IMG/VR virus record: IMGVR_UViG_3300036766_001333
Location: 13,881 to 77,880 of that record
DNA: 64,000 nucleotides
Origin: a virus
Direction: 5' to 3' (one strand)
In this document: in pieces, positions 39,861 through 49,643 of the stretch
Numbering within the stretch: the stretch's first letter is position 1
How the letters are laid out: each line of letters opens with the position of its first letter
Translations under genes and position numbers: made by a program
The notes under the pieces: generated by a model
Databases searched by the model: none
What the model was told of the DNA's origin: nothing
Seen by the model: only the letters and a program-made list of their open reading frames with translations

Positions 39861-41648
39861 ATGGCAGATTCAATTTGGCGTGGTAAGTATAGTACTTTGA
39901 AAGAATATTATAAAAACGAATATCCTGAGGAATATTTCGAATTAGATGCTTTCCAGCTAGAAGTTGATCCTGATGAAACTGTCGATGAGATGTCAGCATA
40001 TGATGCCGACAAACAACGACTTGAATACAGAAGGTGCATGGCAAGTTTCCCTTATTTTGCTACCAAGTATGTTAAAATTCTCCATCCAAAAAAAGGATTA
40101 GTACCCTTTATCCTTTATAAATATCAAAAAAGAGTACTTGGTTTTTATGACAAACATAGGTTTAACATTATTTCCAAATTTAGACAAGGTGGATTAACCT
40201 CATTGACAGAACTATGGGGATTATGGTTATGTTTATTTAAATTAGACCAGCAAATTCTATTCTCATCTAAAACTGATAGTGAAGCTATTACAGCCGGTGA
40301 AATAGTTAACACCGCAGAAAAATATATGCCAACTTGGATGAAACCTAATAAACAAGATGGAAAATGGAACGATCACCAAAAACACTTCCCAGAAACGGGC
40401 GGGAAAATGGTCTTCGGTACGCCAGAACGTGCTAGAGGTCTTGCCATAACCTATCTAATTTTGGACGAAGCAGCATTTATTCCAGAAATGGAAAGACATT
40501 GGAAAAGCTTGTATCCAACACTTTCTTTAGGTGGTAATTGTATTGTTATTTCCACCGTTAATGGTTTAGGTAACTGGTATGAAGAAACATTCCATGCTGC
40601 CCAAGCTGGTAAAAATAAGTTCCATGTTATAGAATTAGATTATTGGGAACATCCTGATTATAATGATCCTTTATGGGTCAAAGAACAAAAAGCACAATTA
40701 CAAGAAAAAGGATGGCTTCAGGAAGTTTTACGAAAATTCTTGGGTTCAGGTAATACTTATATTCCTTCAGACAATTTAGAATCTTTACTGAAATCAACCA
40801 AAGAAAGAATTCCAAAAAAGAGATTGTATAGGCAGCTTACTAACAAGTTTATTACAAGTTCAGAAGAAGATGCTTGGGAAGCTGAAGGAGCGATGTGGGT
40901 TTGGCAAGAACCTTTAGATGGCCACGAATATATTATGGGCGTAGATTGTGCTGATGGTGGCGGCGATGAATGTGATAACAGTTGTTTCCAAATATTCGAT
41001 ATAAATACCTTAGAACAGGTTGCAGAGTTTTACAGCAATAAAGTTTTATCTCATAAGTTTGCAGAGCTTATTACTGCTGTAGGCGCAACTTATAATCATG
41101 CTCTTGTTGTAGTAGAAAACAACGTAGGCGGAGCAGTTATTAATAACTTAGAACACAAATATTATTACGATAATTTATTTTATGATATTTCATCAAAAAG
41201 ATCAAAAGTAGGCATTAAATTAAGTTCAATTAATAGACCAGTAGTGTTAGAATCCCTTCAAAATAGAATTATTAATGGTTCTATAAAAATTAACAGCAAA
41301 AGATTAGTAAAAGAATTAACTACATTTATTTATAATGGGGCAAAAGTACAAGCAATTAAAGGGAAACATGACGATGCTATTTTGGCTGCTGCTCTTGCAA
41401 TGTATGTCAGAGATACTATTTTAAGAGATGTCCCTGTAGGCGCACAATTAACTAAGGAACAAGAGGCTCCATTAAAATCAGTATCCTATGAAGAAATTAA
41501 AAGAGAATTAATGGAATTAGTTAATGAAGAGATGGGAAAAGATAATTTCGACCCTCTTCAACTTACCGCTGAAGAGGAAACCTCTTTAGGAATGGCTTAT
41601 TCTTTCCGAAGAAAAAATGAAAAAATACTCTCTGAGTTTGGATGGTAA
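39861..41648 (+). CDS. terL: Terminase large subunit (T4 gp17-like)
   Basis: KFRQGGLT Walker A variant, LILDEAAF Walker B, ISTVNG, GVDCADG, VVENN, HDDAI nuclease motifs. Confidence 0.95.
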   Translation: MADSIWRGKYSTLKEYYKNEYPEEYFELDAFQLEVDPDETVDEMSAYDADKQRLEYRRCMASFPYFATKYVKILHPKKGLVPFILYKYQKRVLGFYDKHRFNIISKFRQGGLTSLTELWGLWLCLFKLDQQILFSSKTDSEAITAGEIVNTAEKYMPTWMKPNKQDGKWNDHQKHFPETGGKMVFGTPERARGLAITYLILDEAAFIPEMERHWKSLYPTLSLGGNCIVISTVNGLGNWYEETFHAAQAGKNKFHVIELDYWEHPDYNDPLWVKEQKAQLQEKGWLQEVLRKFLGSGNTYIPSDNLESLLKSTKERIPKKRLYRQLTNKFITSSEEDAWEAEGAMWVWQEPLDGHEYIMGVDCADGGGDECDNSCFQIFDINTLEQVAEFYSNKVLSHKFAELITAVGATYNHALVVVENNVGGAVINNLEHKYYYDNLFYDISSKRSKVGIKLSSINRPVVLESLQNRIINGSIKINSKRLVKELTTFIYNGAKVQAIKGKHDDAILAAALAMYVRDTILRDVPVGAQLTKEQEAPLKSVSYEEIKRELMELVNEEMGKDNFDPLQLTAEEETSLGMAYSFRRKNEKILSEFGW

Positions 41649-41977
41649 TGAAAAATAATACAAATCATTCTAAAGACTGTTTAATAAGAGCTTTAAATAA
41701 CTTGCCTCAAGATTTTGCCCTGCAAGAAACTAGAATTTATATCAATAAGGCCATTCAAGCAATCCAAAAAGTAGAAGAAAAAAGAAACAAACATAATGAA
41801 GCAACAAAATCAACACCTCTACAAAATTGGAACAACATGCTTAAAACCAGTTTATATAATGTTCAAACTCCAATAACTTCAAAAAGAACTCTTGATATTA
41901 TCAATCAAATGCTTGAAGAAGAAAAAAATACATTAAAACAACTAGATGACCAAACGGATCAAACTTTATTGGATTAA
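41642..41977 (+). CDS. Hypothetical helical protein
   Basis: 111 aa coupled to terL. Confidence 0.55.
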   Translation: MVMKNNTNHSKDCLIRALNNLPQDFALQETRIYINKAIQAIQKVEEKRNKHNEATKSTPLQNWNNMLKTSLYNVQTPITSKRTLDIINQMLEEEKNTLKQLDDQTDQTLLD

Positions 41978-42544
41978 ATTATTGGCTTGCAAGTAAAACA
42001 GATGTCGCTCATATGATTCTTGAGCAGCATCTATTAAATCAGAAGTCACTAAGGGATTATATTTAGGAATGTAAAATGACTCTAACTTCAAATCATCTCT
42101 TAGACTTAAATAATCTTTAATAACATGTAGCCCACGTCCCTCAGAAAGTGAGTTCCATGTTAAGCATAATCCATTAGTTAATTTAGCCATTTCACAGATT
42201 CTTCTAAGTCTATAAACATAATACCTAAACATACTATCAGCGTCTTCTTTGTTTTTAACTATAGCATTTAAAGAAGATTTGGCATCTCTTAACACAAATA
42301 TAAACTTAACAAATTTATAAACCGATTTATTTGTCAGATAATAATTTTGTAAAAGATGGTCCATCCAAATAGCAGAAGAATCTCTTAGCTTATGCAAGTT
42401 GCCAGTAAGCGTTTCTAATTTAAAAGGATGATCGTATACAACATTAGGATGAAACCATTTAATTCTAGAATTTTTATCTAGAATGTTACATAATACATCA
42501 CTTCCTGAACCTAGATGACTAACTATAAACAGTATTTTATACAT
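41966..42544 (-). CDS. Sulfotransferase-like P-loop protein
   Basis: FIVSHLGSGSDVLCNIL and KFIFVLRD patterns; the PAPS-binding loop looks degenerate. Confidence 0.55.
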   Translation of the reverse strand: MYKILFIVSHLGSGSDVLCNILDKNSRIKWFHPNVVYDHPFKLETLTGNLHKLRDSSAIWMDHLLQNYYLTNKSVYKFVKFIFVLRDAKSSLNAIVKNKEDADSMFRYYVYRLRRICEMAKLTNGLCLTWNSLSEGRGLHVIKDYLSLRDDLKLESFYIPKYNPLVTSDLIDAAQESYERHLFYLQANNLIQ

Positions 42545-42584
42545 GGTTAACTAATATATAATGAGTTAGAAAATAAGGATAATT

Positions 42585-45500
42585 ATGGCGTGGACAGATT
42601 TTTTTAAGCTTTTTAATAGTACCTTTACATTAGACCCATTATCTAAAAAATCAGATAGAAAAAATCTACCAAGCGCAGGCGTATCATCAAATGATGTTTT
42701 TCCTGATCCTAGAAATACTGATAGCTTATCTTCTGGGACAGGCGGCTTCATAAGAGTACAAAACGATTTAGTCGATCTTACAACTACAACTAATCGAGTA
42801 AACCGATATAAAGAATATGATAGATTAGTTGCAAGTATATCTGAAATTGAAATGGCAATGACAGTATTTGCCGATGAAGCTTGCGTATATGAAGATACAA
42901 TCATAAATACAGTCTTTCATGGCCCTAAAACCATTAAATGGCTACAACAAAATAAAACAGATGATAAGTTTCCAGTATATTGTTATGACTTTAAAAAAGA
43001 AGATTATACAGTTGGATGGTCCTATGCTCCAAGATTTGTTAAAAAAGCAAAAACCGTAAGGGTTATTCTTGATAATGGAGAAATAGAAATAGTAACTCCA
43101 GATCACAGAATACTAAGAAAAGATGGCGAATGGATAATGGCAGAAAATTTAAAGTTTGGTGATAAATTAATGCCATTTTACAAAATAAAAGCAAATCAAA
43201 ATTTAACTAAAGTTAAAACTAAACAATTTCCAAGAATTTTTACACATAATAAAGGCTGGATACATGAACGTCAATTTTTAGATGAATGGAGAAGTGGGAA
43301 AGATTTACCAGAATATGAAAAAGTAAACAAATTAGGCAGATTGCTAGCCCAAAAACTTCATGTAAAAGATATCGCAAAATTAATGGGAGTCGCAGCACCT
43401 ACCCTTGAATACCAGTTATCAAGTGAAGGATTTAGCTGTAAAGAATTCAGGTTATTATCTAAAAACTTATCTTACAGAAGGGTAATCAAAGTAGAACCCT
43501 GGCATGAATTAGATGTATATGATTTGTCTGTAGAAGATCATAAAAACTTTTGCACTCAGTCTTTAGTAATGCACAATTGTCAAAAAGATGAAGATGGACA
43601 AGTTTTCAAAATAACATGCAAAAATCAAGATGTAAAAGAAGAATTAGAAACTTTATTCTTTAAAGTCCTAGAATTCGATCAATTGAATATTTGGGATAAA
43701 GCTAAAAGACTATTCATAAAAGGAGATGCATTTTGGGAAATAGTAGTAGACCCGGATAATCCAAAAGATGGAATTCTAAAGATTGCCGATTTGCCCCCAG
43801 ATAATATGTATAGAATCGAATCGACTAAAGGCAAAGTTCTTGAATATCAACAAGCAAAAGAAGGTCCAGATTATCAGGCTTTACTAAAAGCTCCATTAGG
43901 AATGGCTACTGATAATGAATTAGCACAGTCTATGGCCATTAGATTTACCCCTGACCAAATCATACATTTAAGAATTGGAGATTATAGAAAATCCTTTTAT
44001 CCATATGGCGTTAGTTTAATAGAACCAGCCAGAGGACCAGCCCATCAATTAAAAATGATGGAAGATAGTATGGTCGTATATCGACTTTGCCTTGCTGGTA
44101 ATACTAGAATTAGAACGGCAGATTATTATAAGTATATTAAAGATTTAGATATTGGCGATATTGTTTATAGTTTCTCCGAATCTGGCAAACAAATGCCAAC
44201 GACAGTAGAAGCTGTTAAAAATAATGGAAAGCAAAAAGTTTATGACGTTATTTCTAGGCATGTAAGTATTCGTGGTAATGAAACGCATCCAATTTTAGTT
44301 AACAGAGATGGCGTCTATCAATATGTTGATGTTAAGAACTTAATTCCTGGTAAAGATAAATTTATATTAACCACTAAAGATGTTGGATTTATTCCTAGTA
44401 TTCCAAGGATTTACGGACCAATGTGGGCTAAGCTTAATGACGAAGCTAGAAAAGAATTTAAAAATAAACGCTTTAAAAACAAATCTCAACTAATGAGGCA
44501 ATGTTCTTCTGAATTTGGAAGAGTAAGACAATTCTTATATACTAAAGGTAAAGCATTGCCTTTAGAAAGAGCCAAAGAAATATGTAATATATTTGGCATA
44601 GATGAATCCAAATTATTGCTAGTTAATAAAGGGGAAAATAATTCTGAAAGAATAAGTTTACCTGAGCGAGTCACTGAAGAATTTGCTAAGTTATTTGGTT
44701 TTATTTGTGGTGATGGGTCTATTCATAACAACAATCAAATTTCATTTTCTTCTTCAGAAGACGACCAAATAAATCAATATTATTCTGGACTACTTCAAAA
44801 GTATTTTGGAAAGGTAAGATTCGAGTTAGATAAAAGATCAAAAAAGAAATTAGGCAAATTTGTATCTGATTCTACAACTGCATGTAAAGTATTTGGTGCT
44901 ATGGGATACATTCATAATCACCACAACACGAGAATACCAAAATGGGTGTTTAATTCTCCTAAAAATATTCGACGAGCATTCGTTGAAGGGTTGTCAGATG
45001 CAGATGGATGTGAGCGATTTACCAAGAAAGGCACTTGGTTTTCTACAATTGAATTGTGTAATGAGAAACTAATAGAAGACATTAAAGAATTATGGTCTTC
45101 TATTGGGCTTTGTTCAGGACAGTTAAAGAAAAGGACAAGAGAAAATAAGCACTTATTACTTGGTAGAAAGCTACCTGTAAAAACCACTTCTTATTTGGTT
45201 ACTATTAGTGATAATTTATTACCTAAAGAAGAAAATATAACAAAAGTAGTAGAGGTTGGAGAGGAAGATGTATATGACATCACTGTGAATTCTAATTATC
45301 ATAATTTTATAGCTAATGGCATTCCAGTTCACAATACAAGAGCGCCTGAGCGTAGAATATTTTACATAGACATCGGTGGTCTTCCCAGCTTTAAAGCTGA
45401 AGCTTTCATTAACAGAATGAAAGATCAGTTTAGGAAGAAGAAGATGACTCATAATATGAATAATAGTACGACTGGAGCTTCGGCTGTAGATGAAAGATGG

Positions 45501-46364
45501 CACGCTCCAGCCGTAGATGAGGATATTTGGATTCCAGTAAGACAAAATTCAACTACAAGAATAGACACTTTACCTGGCGCACAAAACTTAGGAGAAATAG
45601 ATGACACAGTTTATTTCAGAACCAAGTTATTTGCCGCACTTAACTTTCCACCTAACTACTTCTACTCACAAGATGCAAATGCTACTAGAATTACACTTTC
45701 AGCGAATGATGTAAAATTTGCCAAGTTAATAGAAAGATTACAAGCTTATATGGAATATGGCTATAAAGAAATAGCCATAAGACACTTAAAATTAATAGGT
45801 TATCCAGAAAATACATTTGAAGACATAAAAATAAAGATGACGCCACCTTCTGATTGGCGAGAATTAAGTCGAGCAGAAGTCATAACAAATAGAATTAATA
45901 ATGCTAATTCTCTTAAAGGCTCCCAATTGTTATCTGATTATGATATCTTAACAAAATGGATGAAATACCCAGAAGATGAAGCAAAAGAAATGATAGCTAG
46001 AATGAAAATTCAAAAATTAGAAGACTTAAAGCTTCAAGTTCTAGCTCAAAATCCTCAATTGCTTGGCGTTGGCATTCCAGGTATGGGCGAACAAGAAATT
46101 TCAGCACAGCCAGGCGGTCCTAACCCAATGCTAGGTCCAGATCAACAAATGCCACCAGGAGGTCCACCAGCAGGCCCAGAAGGTCCGCCACCTGAAGTTG
46201 CACCACAATCAATGGAGAAGTCTGAACCGGCACCTGAACCGCAATCTCAGGCCAAACCGTTACCTAATCCAACAGATGATGATATTATTAAATACGATCT
46301 TGAACTTCAGGACTACGATCAGGATCAAGATTATGAAGAACCTGACTATAGTGAAGGAGAATAA
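42585..46364 (+). CDS. Portal protein (T4 gp20-like) with two inteins; about 611 aa after splicing
   Basis: RYKEYD, YGVSLIE, MEDSMVVYRL/TRAPERRIFYIDIG, EDIWIP, IDTLPG motifs. Confidence 0.95.
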   Translation: MAWTDFFKLFNSTFTLDPLSKKSDRKNLPSAGVSSNDVFPDPRNTDSLSSGTGGFIRVQNDLVDLTTTTNRVNRYKEYDRLVASISEIEMAMTVFADEACVYEDTIINTVFHGPKTIKWLQQNKTDDKFPVYCYDFKKEDYTVGWSYAPRFVKKAKTVRVILDNGEIEIVTPDHRILRKDGEWIMAENLKFGDKLMPFYKIKANQNLTKVKTKQFPRIFTHNKGWIHERQFLDEWRSGKDLPEYEKVNKLGRLLAQKLHVKDIAKLMGVAAPTLEYQLSSEGFSCKEFRLLSKNLSYRRVIKVEPWHELDVYDLSVEDHKNFCTQSLVMHNCQKDEDGQVFKITCKNQDVKEELETLFFKVLEFDQLNIWDKAKRLFIKGDAFWEIVVDPDNPKDGILKIADLPPDNMYRIESTKGKVLEYQQAKEGPDYQALLKAPLGMATDNELAQSMAIRFTPDQIIHLRIGDYRKSFYPYGVSLIEPARGPAHQLKMMEDSMVVYRLCLAGNTRIRTADYYKYIKDLDIGDIVYSFSESGKQMPTTVEAVKNNGKQKVYDVISRHVSIRGNETHPILVNRDGVYQYVDVKNLIPGKDKFILTTKDVGFIPSIPRIYGPMWAKLNDEARKEFKNKRFKNKSQLMRQCSSEFGRVRQFLYTKGKALPLERAKEICNIFGIDESKLLLVNKGENNSERISLPERVTEEFAKLFGFICGDGSIHNNNQISFSSSEDDQINQYYSGLLQKYFGKVRFELDKRSKKKLGKFVSDSTTACKVFGAMGYIHNHHNTRIPKWVFNSPKNIRRAFVEGLSDADGCERFTKKGTWFSTIELCNEKLIEDIKELWSSIGLCSGQLKKRTRENKHLLLGRKLPVKTTSYLVTISDNLLPKEENITKVVEVGEEDVYDITVNSNYHNFIANGIPVHNTRAPERRIFYIDIGGLPSFKAEAFINRMKDQFRKKKMTHNMNNSTTGASAVDERWHAPAVDEDIWIPVRQNSTTRIDTLPGAQNLGEIDDTVYFRTKLFAALNFPPNYFYSQDANATRITLSANDVKFAKLIERLQAYMEYGYKEIAIRHLKLIGYPENTFEDIKIKMTPPSDWRELSRAEVITNRINNANSLKGSQLLSDYDILTKWMKYPEDEAKEMIARMKIQKLEDLKLQVLAQNPQLLGVGIPGMGEQEISAQPGGPNPMLGPDQQMPPGGPPAGPEGPPPEVAPQSMEKSEPAPEPQSQAKPLPNPTDDDIIKYDLELQDYDQDQDYEEPDYSEGE
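42882..43577 (+). mobile_element. Intein 1 (232 aa, no LAGLIDADG)
   Basis: ADEA|CVYEDT...VTPDHRIL...VYDLSVEDHKNF...MHN|C. Confidence 0.9.
44088..45335 (+). mobile_element. Intein 2 (416 aa) with LAGLIDADG homing endonuclease
   Basis: VYRL|CLAGNT...NETHPIL...FGFICGDG...FVEGLSDADG...VYDITV...VHN|T. Confidence 0.95.
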
Positions 46365-46735
46365 TGAATAAAAAATTTCTAGATGAAGCGATGCAACTTG
46401 AAAAACATTGGGCAAAATTCCCAAATTTATTCCCAAAAATGAAAGAAGGCCAAGTTCTTTTAGAGTCACAAAGACTTCGTAATGAATTTGATGTAGGCCA
46501 TGCTGGATTCTATGCAATTCATAATAGACTAAATCTAGAAAAAGTTAATAAATGTGGATGCTATCACTGTTTAACCATGTTTGACCCAAAAGAAATCAAA
46601 GAATGGGTTGATAATGATGACACAGCTATGTGCCCTTATTGTGAAATAGACTCAGTTATTCCAGAAAATACAGATTATTTTTTAAGCAAAGAACTTTTGA
46701 CCAAAATTAATGAACATTATTTTAAACAGGATTAA
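46364..46735 (+). CDS. Chimeric protein: major-capsid-propeptide-like N-terminus plus CGCxxC...CPxC Zn-finger domain
   Basis: FLDEAMQLEKHWA...VLLESQRLRNE matches the MCP N-terminus; TAATG coupling to the portal gene. Confidence 0.75.
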   Translation: MNKKFLDEAMQLEKHWAKFPNLFPKMKEGQVLLESQRLRNEFDVGHAGFYAIHNRLNLEKVNKCGCYHCLTMFDPKEIKEWVDNDDTAMCPYCEIDSVIPENTDYFLSKELLTKINEHYFKQD

Positions 46736-46994
46736 TTGTATCAGCAGCAGCAGGGACAACAATATCTGCCTCTTTATCTGAATCCGGCTTGTTGCTTACC
46801 GCTCCCTGATCCCTATATTTCTTCAATTCTTCGGCAATTTGCTCATCTTTTCTAGCCAAACTTCTAAAAAGCTCCACTATTGCATCTCGGTGACGCATAA
46901 CTGCCATCTGCGCAATGTTATTCAATATTTCATCTGATTCAAGATCGGCACAGGCTTCACTTCTTTGTTGATAATATTGCCGAAAACTTTTCAT
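46722..46994 (-). CDS. Small putative internal/prohead-core protein (MKSFRQYY leader)
   Basis: GAGGAG SD; TATAGATA upstream on the minus strand. Confidence 0.6.
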   Translation of the reverse strand: MKSFRQYYQQRSEACADLESDEILNNIAQMAVMRHRDAIVELFRSLARKDEQIAEELKKYRDQGAVSNKPDSDKEADIVVPAAADTINPV

Positions 46995-47090
46995 TTTTTA
47001 ACTCCTCTTGCATATCTATAAGATAGACTCATATTTTTAAGAGTCACTGTATTAATAATTGTAAGAATTCACTATAGGAGTTATCAAAAT

Positions 47091-48857
47091 ATGAAGAGAA
47101 AATTAATCAGTCATGAAGGTTTTGACAAACTTAATGAAGGTTCATTTTGTGTTGTAGAAAACGAACTCGCCCAAGCTGAAGATGTTATATCTAAAGTAGT
47201 AGGCGTTAAAGGTTTGAAGCTAAATTGCTTCAACGAATCAACCGTAATCTATGAAACCCCAAGTAAAACTTTCTTACATGCTAATTATAAAATGAATGAT
47301 AAGAAAATTGTTTTGGAGAACATAGAAGAATTAATTATTGACGAACAATCAGCAAAACAAAAATCTAAAGCCATTGTTTCGAAAATGGTTGAAGAAATGT
47401 TACAGAAAAATGATGCAAAGGCAAATGATTTATTTAAAGAATATCTCTCATTGCCAATGGTTCGCAAAAATCTTTTAGAGTCAAAAGCTCCGCCATTTGT
47501 TAAGAAAGATAAGAAAGATGGCAAAAAAGATGACGAAGACAAAAAAAATGGCTTCTTTGGCAAAAAAGATGACGACAAGAAAGATAAGAAATTCAAATTC
47601 AAGAAAGTTGCCAAAAAGAAAATCCAAGAATGGTCAACTCTTTCTGAAAATGTATTAAATTATGTTGATTTTCATAATTTCAGCCCAACAATGAAAGATA
47701 CAAAAGCCTCCCATGATGAAAAAGGCAATGTGGTAGCTTTAAGTATTCCTAATTCACATCTTCGTAATGAAGGCAAGTTACTTTCTTTCAATTGGAAGGT
47801 TTTAGACACAGAAGTTAAAGTTCTTCGTTCAAAGGCAATGAATGTGACTGAAGATACTAACTTTAGTCGTGCTATGTCTGATCTTAAGAAATGCAATAAT
47901 CTCTCAGATAATAAAGCACTTGAAACAACTCTTGCTAATGTAGTTCAAGCTTGGCCACACTTAATTTACTTAACGCAATCAGAATTGGCAGCTAAAATTA
48001 GTGAGGCTCTTGAGACAGCAGGCGAAACTAATTACGACGATCAAACTTGCGAATTTATGGCAGAAGCTATTCTCCGTACAGTAGTAGAAGCCTATTCAGA
48101 AAGAGCAAGTAAAATCATTCGTCTGTCAGGTACAACAATCAAAGATAAATCAGATGACTTCTATGAAGATTTCCAAAGAGTAACTAAGGATTTCTATAAG
48201 TCAATTGATGAATCTATGAAAACTGAAATGCAAGTATTTACTGACCTTTATAACGCTTTAGTAGAAGTTTACAGGACTGCTCAAGGCGAAAGCAATGAAG
48301 TAGTTCGCAGTGAGGCCAATGGATTCTTACATGAACTTAAATCAGTTCTTGAACAGGAATCTAAACCAACATTAGAACTTGCAGAACAAGTTGCAAGTTG
48401 GTTGGTAAATCTTGTCGAAACTAATCTTGAAGGAAATGCATGGGATGTTTCTAACTCCCCTCACATGACAATTGTAGGCGATCATCCCCAAATGGCTAAG
48501 AATGCCAGCAAGGGTTATACCCCATCATCTGACTTCTCTGGAGATTGGGGTGACAGCGCTCCAGTAAGTGACGGCAAGAGCTACAAAGGTAACTTAGCCA
48601 ATGTAATGAGAAACGATAGCTGGGGTAATTGGTCAAGCGAAGAAACTTATCCTGGCCTTACTAATCCTTATGCCAAGGGCGTTGATGCAACTTGGACTAT
48701 GAAGGGAGAAAAAGGCGTAGATAAAGAAACTGATGGTTTGGTATTCGATGCCGAAGGCGATAAGACATGGCCTGGCTTAACTAATCCATATTGTCCAAAA
48801 GCCGAAACGCCACAAAGCTACAAAGCAAAAACTGATAACTTAGTTATAGATCAGTAA
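47091..48857 (+). CDS. Large head-module protein (probable prohead core/internal protein)
   Basis: Between portal and protease; K/D-rich tract; two PGLTNPY repeats; own terminator. Confidence 0.55.
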   Translation: MKRKLISHEGFDKLNEGSFCVVENELAQAEDVISKVVGVKGLKLNCFNESTVIYETPSKTFLHANYKMNDKKIVLENIEELIIDEQSAKQKSKAIVSKMVEEMLQKNDAKANDLFKEYLSLPMVRKNLLESKAPPFVKKDKKDGKKDDEDKKNGFFGKKDDDKKDKKFKFKKVAKKKIQEWSTLSENVLNYVDFHNFSPTMKDTKASHDEKGNVVALSIPNSHLRNEGKLLSFNWKVLDTEVKVLRSKAMNVTEDTNFSRAMSDLKKCNNLSDNKALETTLANVVQAWPHLIYLTQSELAAKISEALETAGETNYDDQTCEFMAEAILRTVVEAYSERASKIIRLSGTTIKDKSDDFYEDFQRVTKDFYKSIDESMKTEMQVFTDLYNALVEVYRTAQGESNEVVRSEANGFLHELKSVLEQESKPTLELAEQVASWLVNLVETNLEGNAWDVSNSPHMTIVGDHPQMAKNASKGYTPSSDFSGDWGDSAPVSDGKSYKGNLANVMRNDSWGNWSSEETYPGLTNPYAKGVDATWTMKGEKGVDKETDGLVFDAEGDKTWPGLTNPYCPKAETPQSYKAKTDNLVIDQ

Positions 48858-48871
48858 TAAACGTTAAATAG

Positions 48872-48900
48872 AAAAGCCAGGAGTACTCCTGGCTTTTTTT
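48872..48900 (+). terminator. Intrinsic terminator
   Basis: Perfect palindrome aaaagccaggagt/actcctggctttt followed by a T-tract. Confidence 0.9.
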
Positions 48901-48961
48901 ATTTTTATTTCAAAAAACAACTATATAACCAATAGATATTTTGTTGCAAAGGAATCAATAT

Positions 48962-49642
48962 ATGAATCAAACTGTAATGTTATTAGAAGATTGTTGCGAC
49001 GGCACTTGTTTATTTGTAGACCTTAATGAATCCAATGTTGAAAAAGGTTTAATAAAATTTAGAGGTAAATTTCAAGAAGCCGAAGCTGTAAATAAAAACA
49101 AAAGAATGTATCCGTTTGCTGTTCTCGATGAGAATGTGCAAAAATTAACAGAGGTTGTAAAAGCCCGTGGATTAGTAGGCGAACTCGATCACCCAACTGA
49201 TTCTATTATCCATTTCAAAGAAGCATCACATATTATTACGAAATTAGTATGGGAAGGAAATATTCTTAATGGCGAAGGAGAAATTCTTAATACAGCACAT
49301 GGCAGACAATTAAAAGCATTAATTAGTGATGGAGTAAGAGTTGGTATTAGTAGTCGTGGTGTTGGTAATGGAAAAGTTAATGAAAATGGAATCCTTGTAA
49401 TTAGTGAAGGTTATAAATTAATTACATTTGATGCTGTAGCTGATCCCTCAACATTTGATGCTTATCAGCAACGTGTAACTGCTGCTAAAAGAGAAAATGT
49501 AATAGTTCCAAAAAATTTTGAAGATTATGTTACAAAAAATGAAACTAAGCGCATAGATAAAATAAGTAAAGAAGCAGTAGTAGCTGCTTTTAGTGGAATT
49601 ATTAAAGAACACAAAGATAAAATTTTAGAGAGGTTAAAATAA
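48962..49642 (+). CDS. Prohead protease (T4 gp21-like)
   Basis: NKNKRMYP, GELDHP, SHII, GISSRGVG, TFDAVADPS motifs; ATG 48962 with AAGGA SD. Confidence 0.95.
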   Translation: MNQTVMLLEDCCDGTCLFVDLNESNVEKGLIKFRGKFQEAEAVNKNKRMYPFAVLDENVQKLTEVVKARGLVGELDHPTDSIIHFKEASHIITKLVWEGNILNGEGEILNTAHGRQLKALISDGVRVGISSRGVGNGKVNENGILVISEGYKLITFDAVADPSTFDAYQQRVTAAKRENVIVPKNFEDYVTKNETKRIDKISKEAVVAAFSGIIKEHKDKILERLK

Positions 49643-49643
49643 A

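Noticed and set aside
40170-40205. Terminase Walker A lacking the usual GKT lysine (KFRQGGLT)
   Set aside because: KxRQxGx(S/T) variants are common in this terminase family, so this is not evidence of inactivation.
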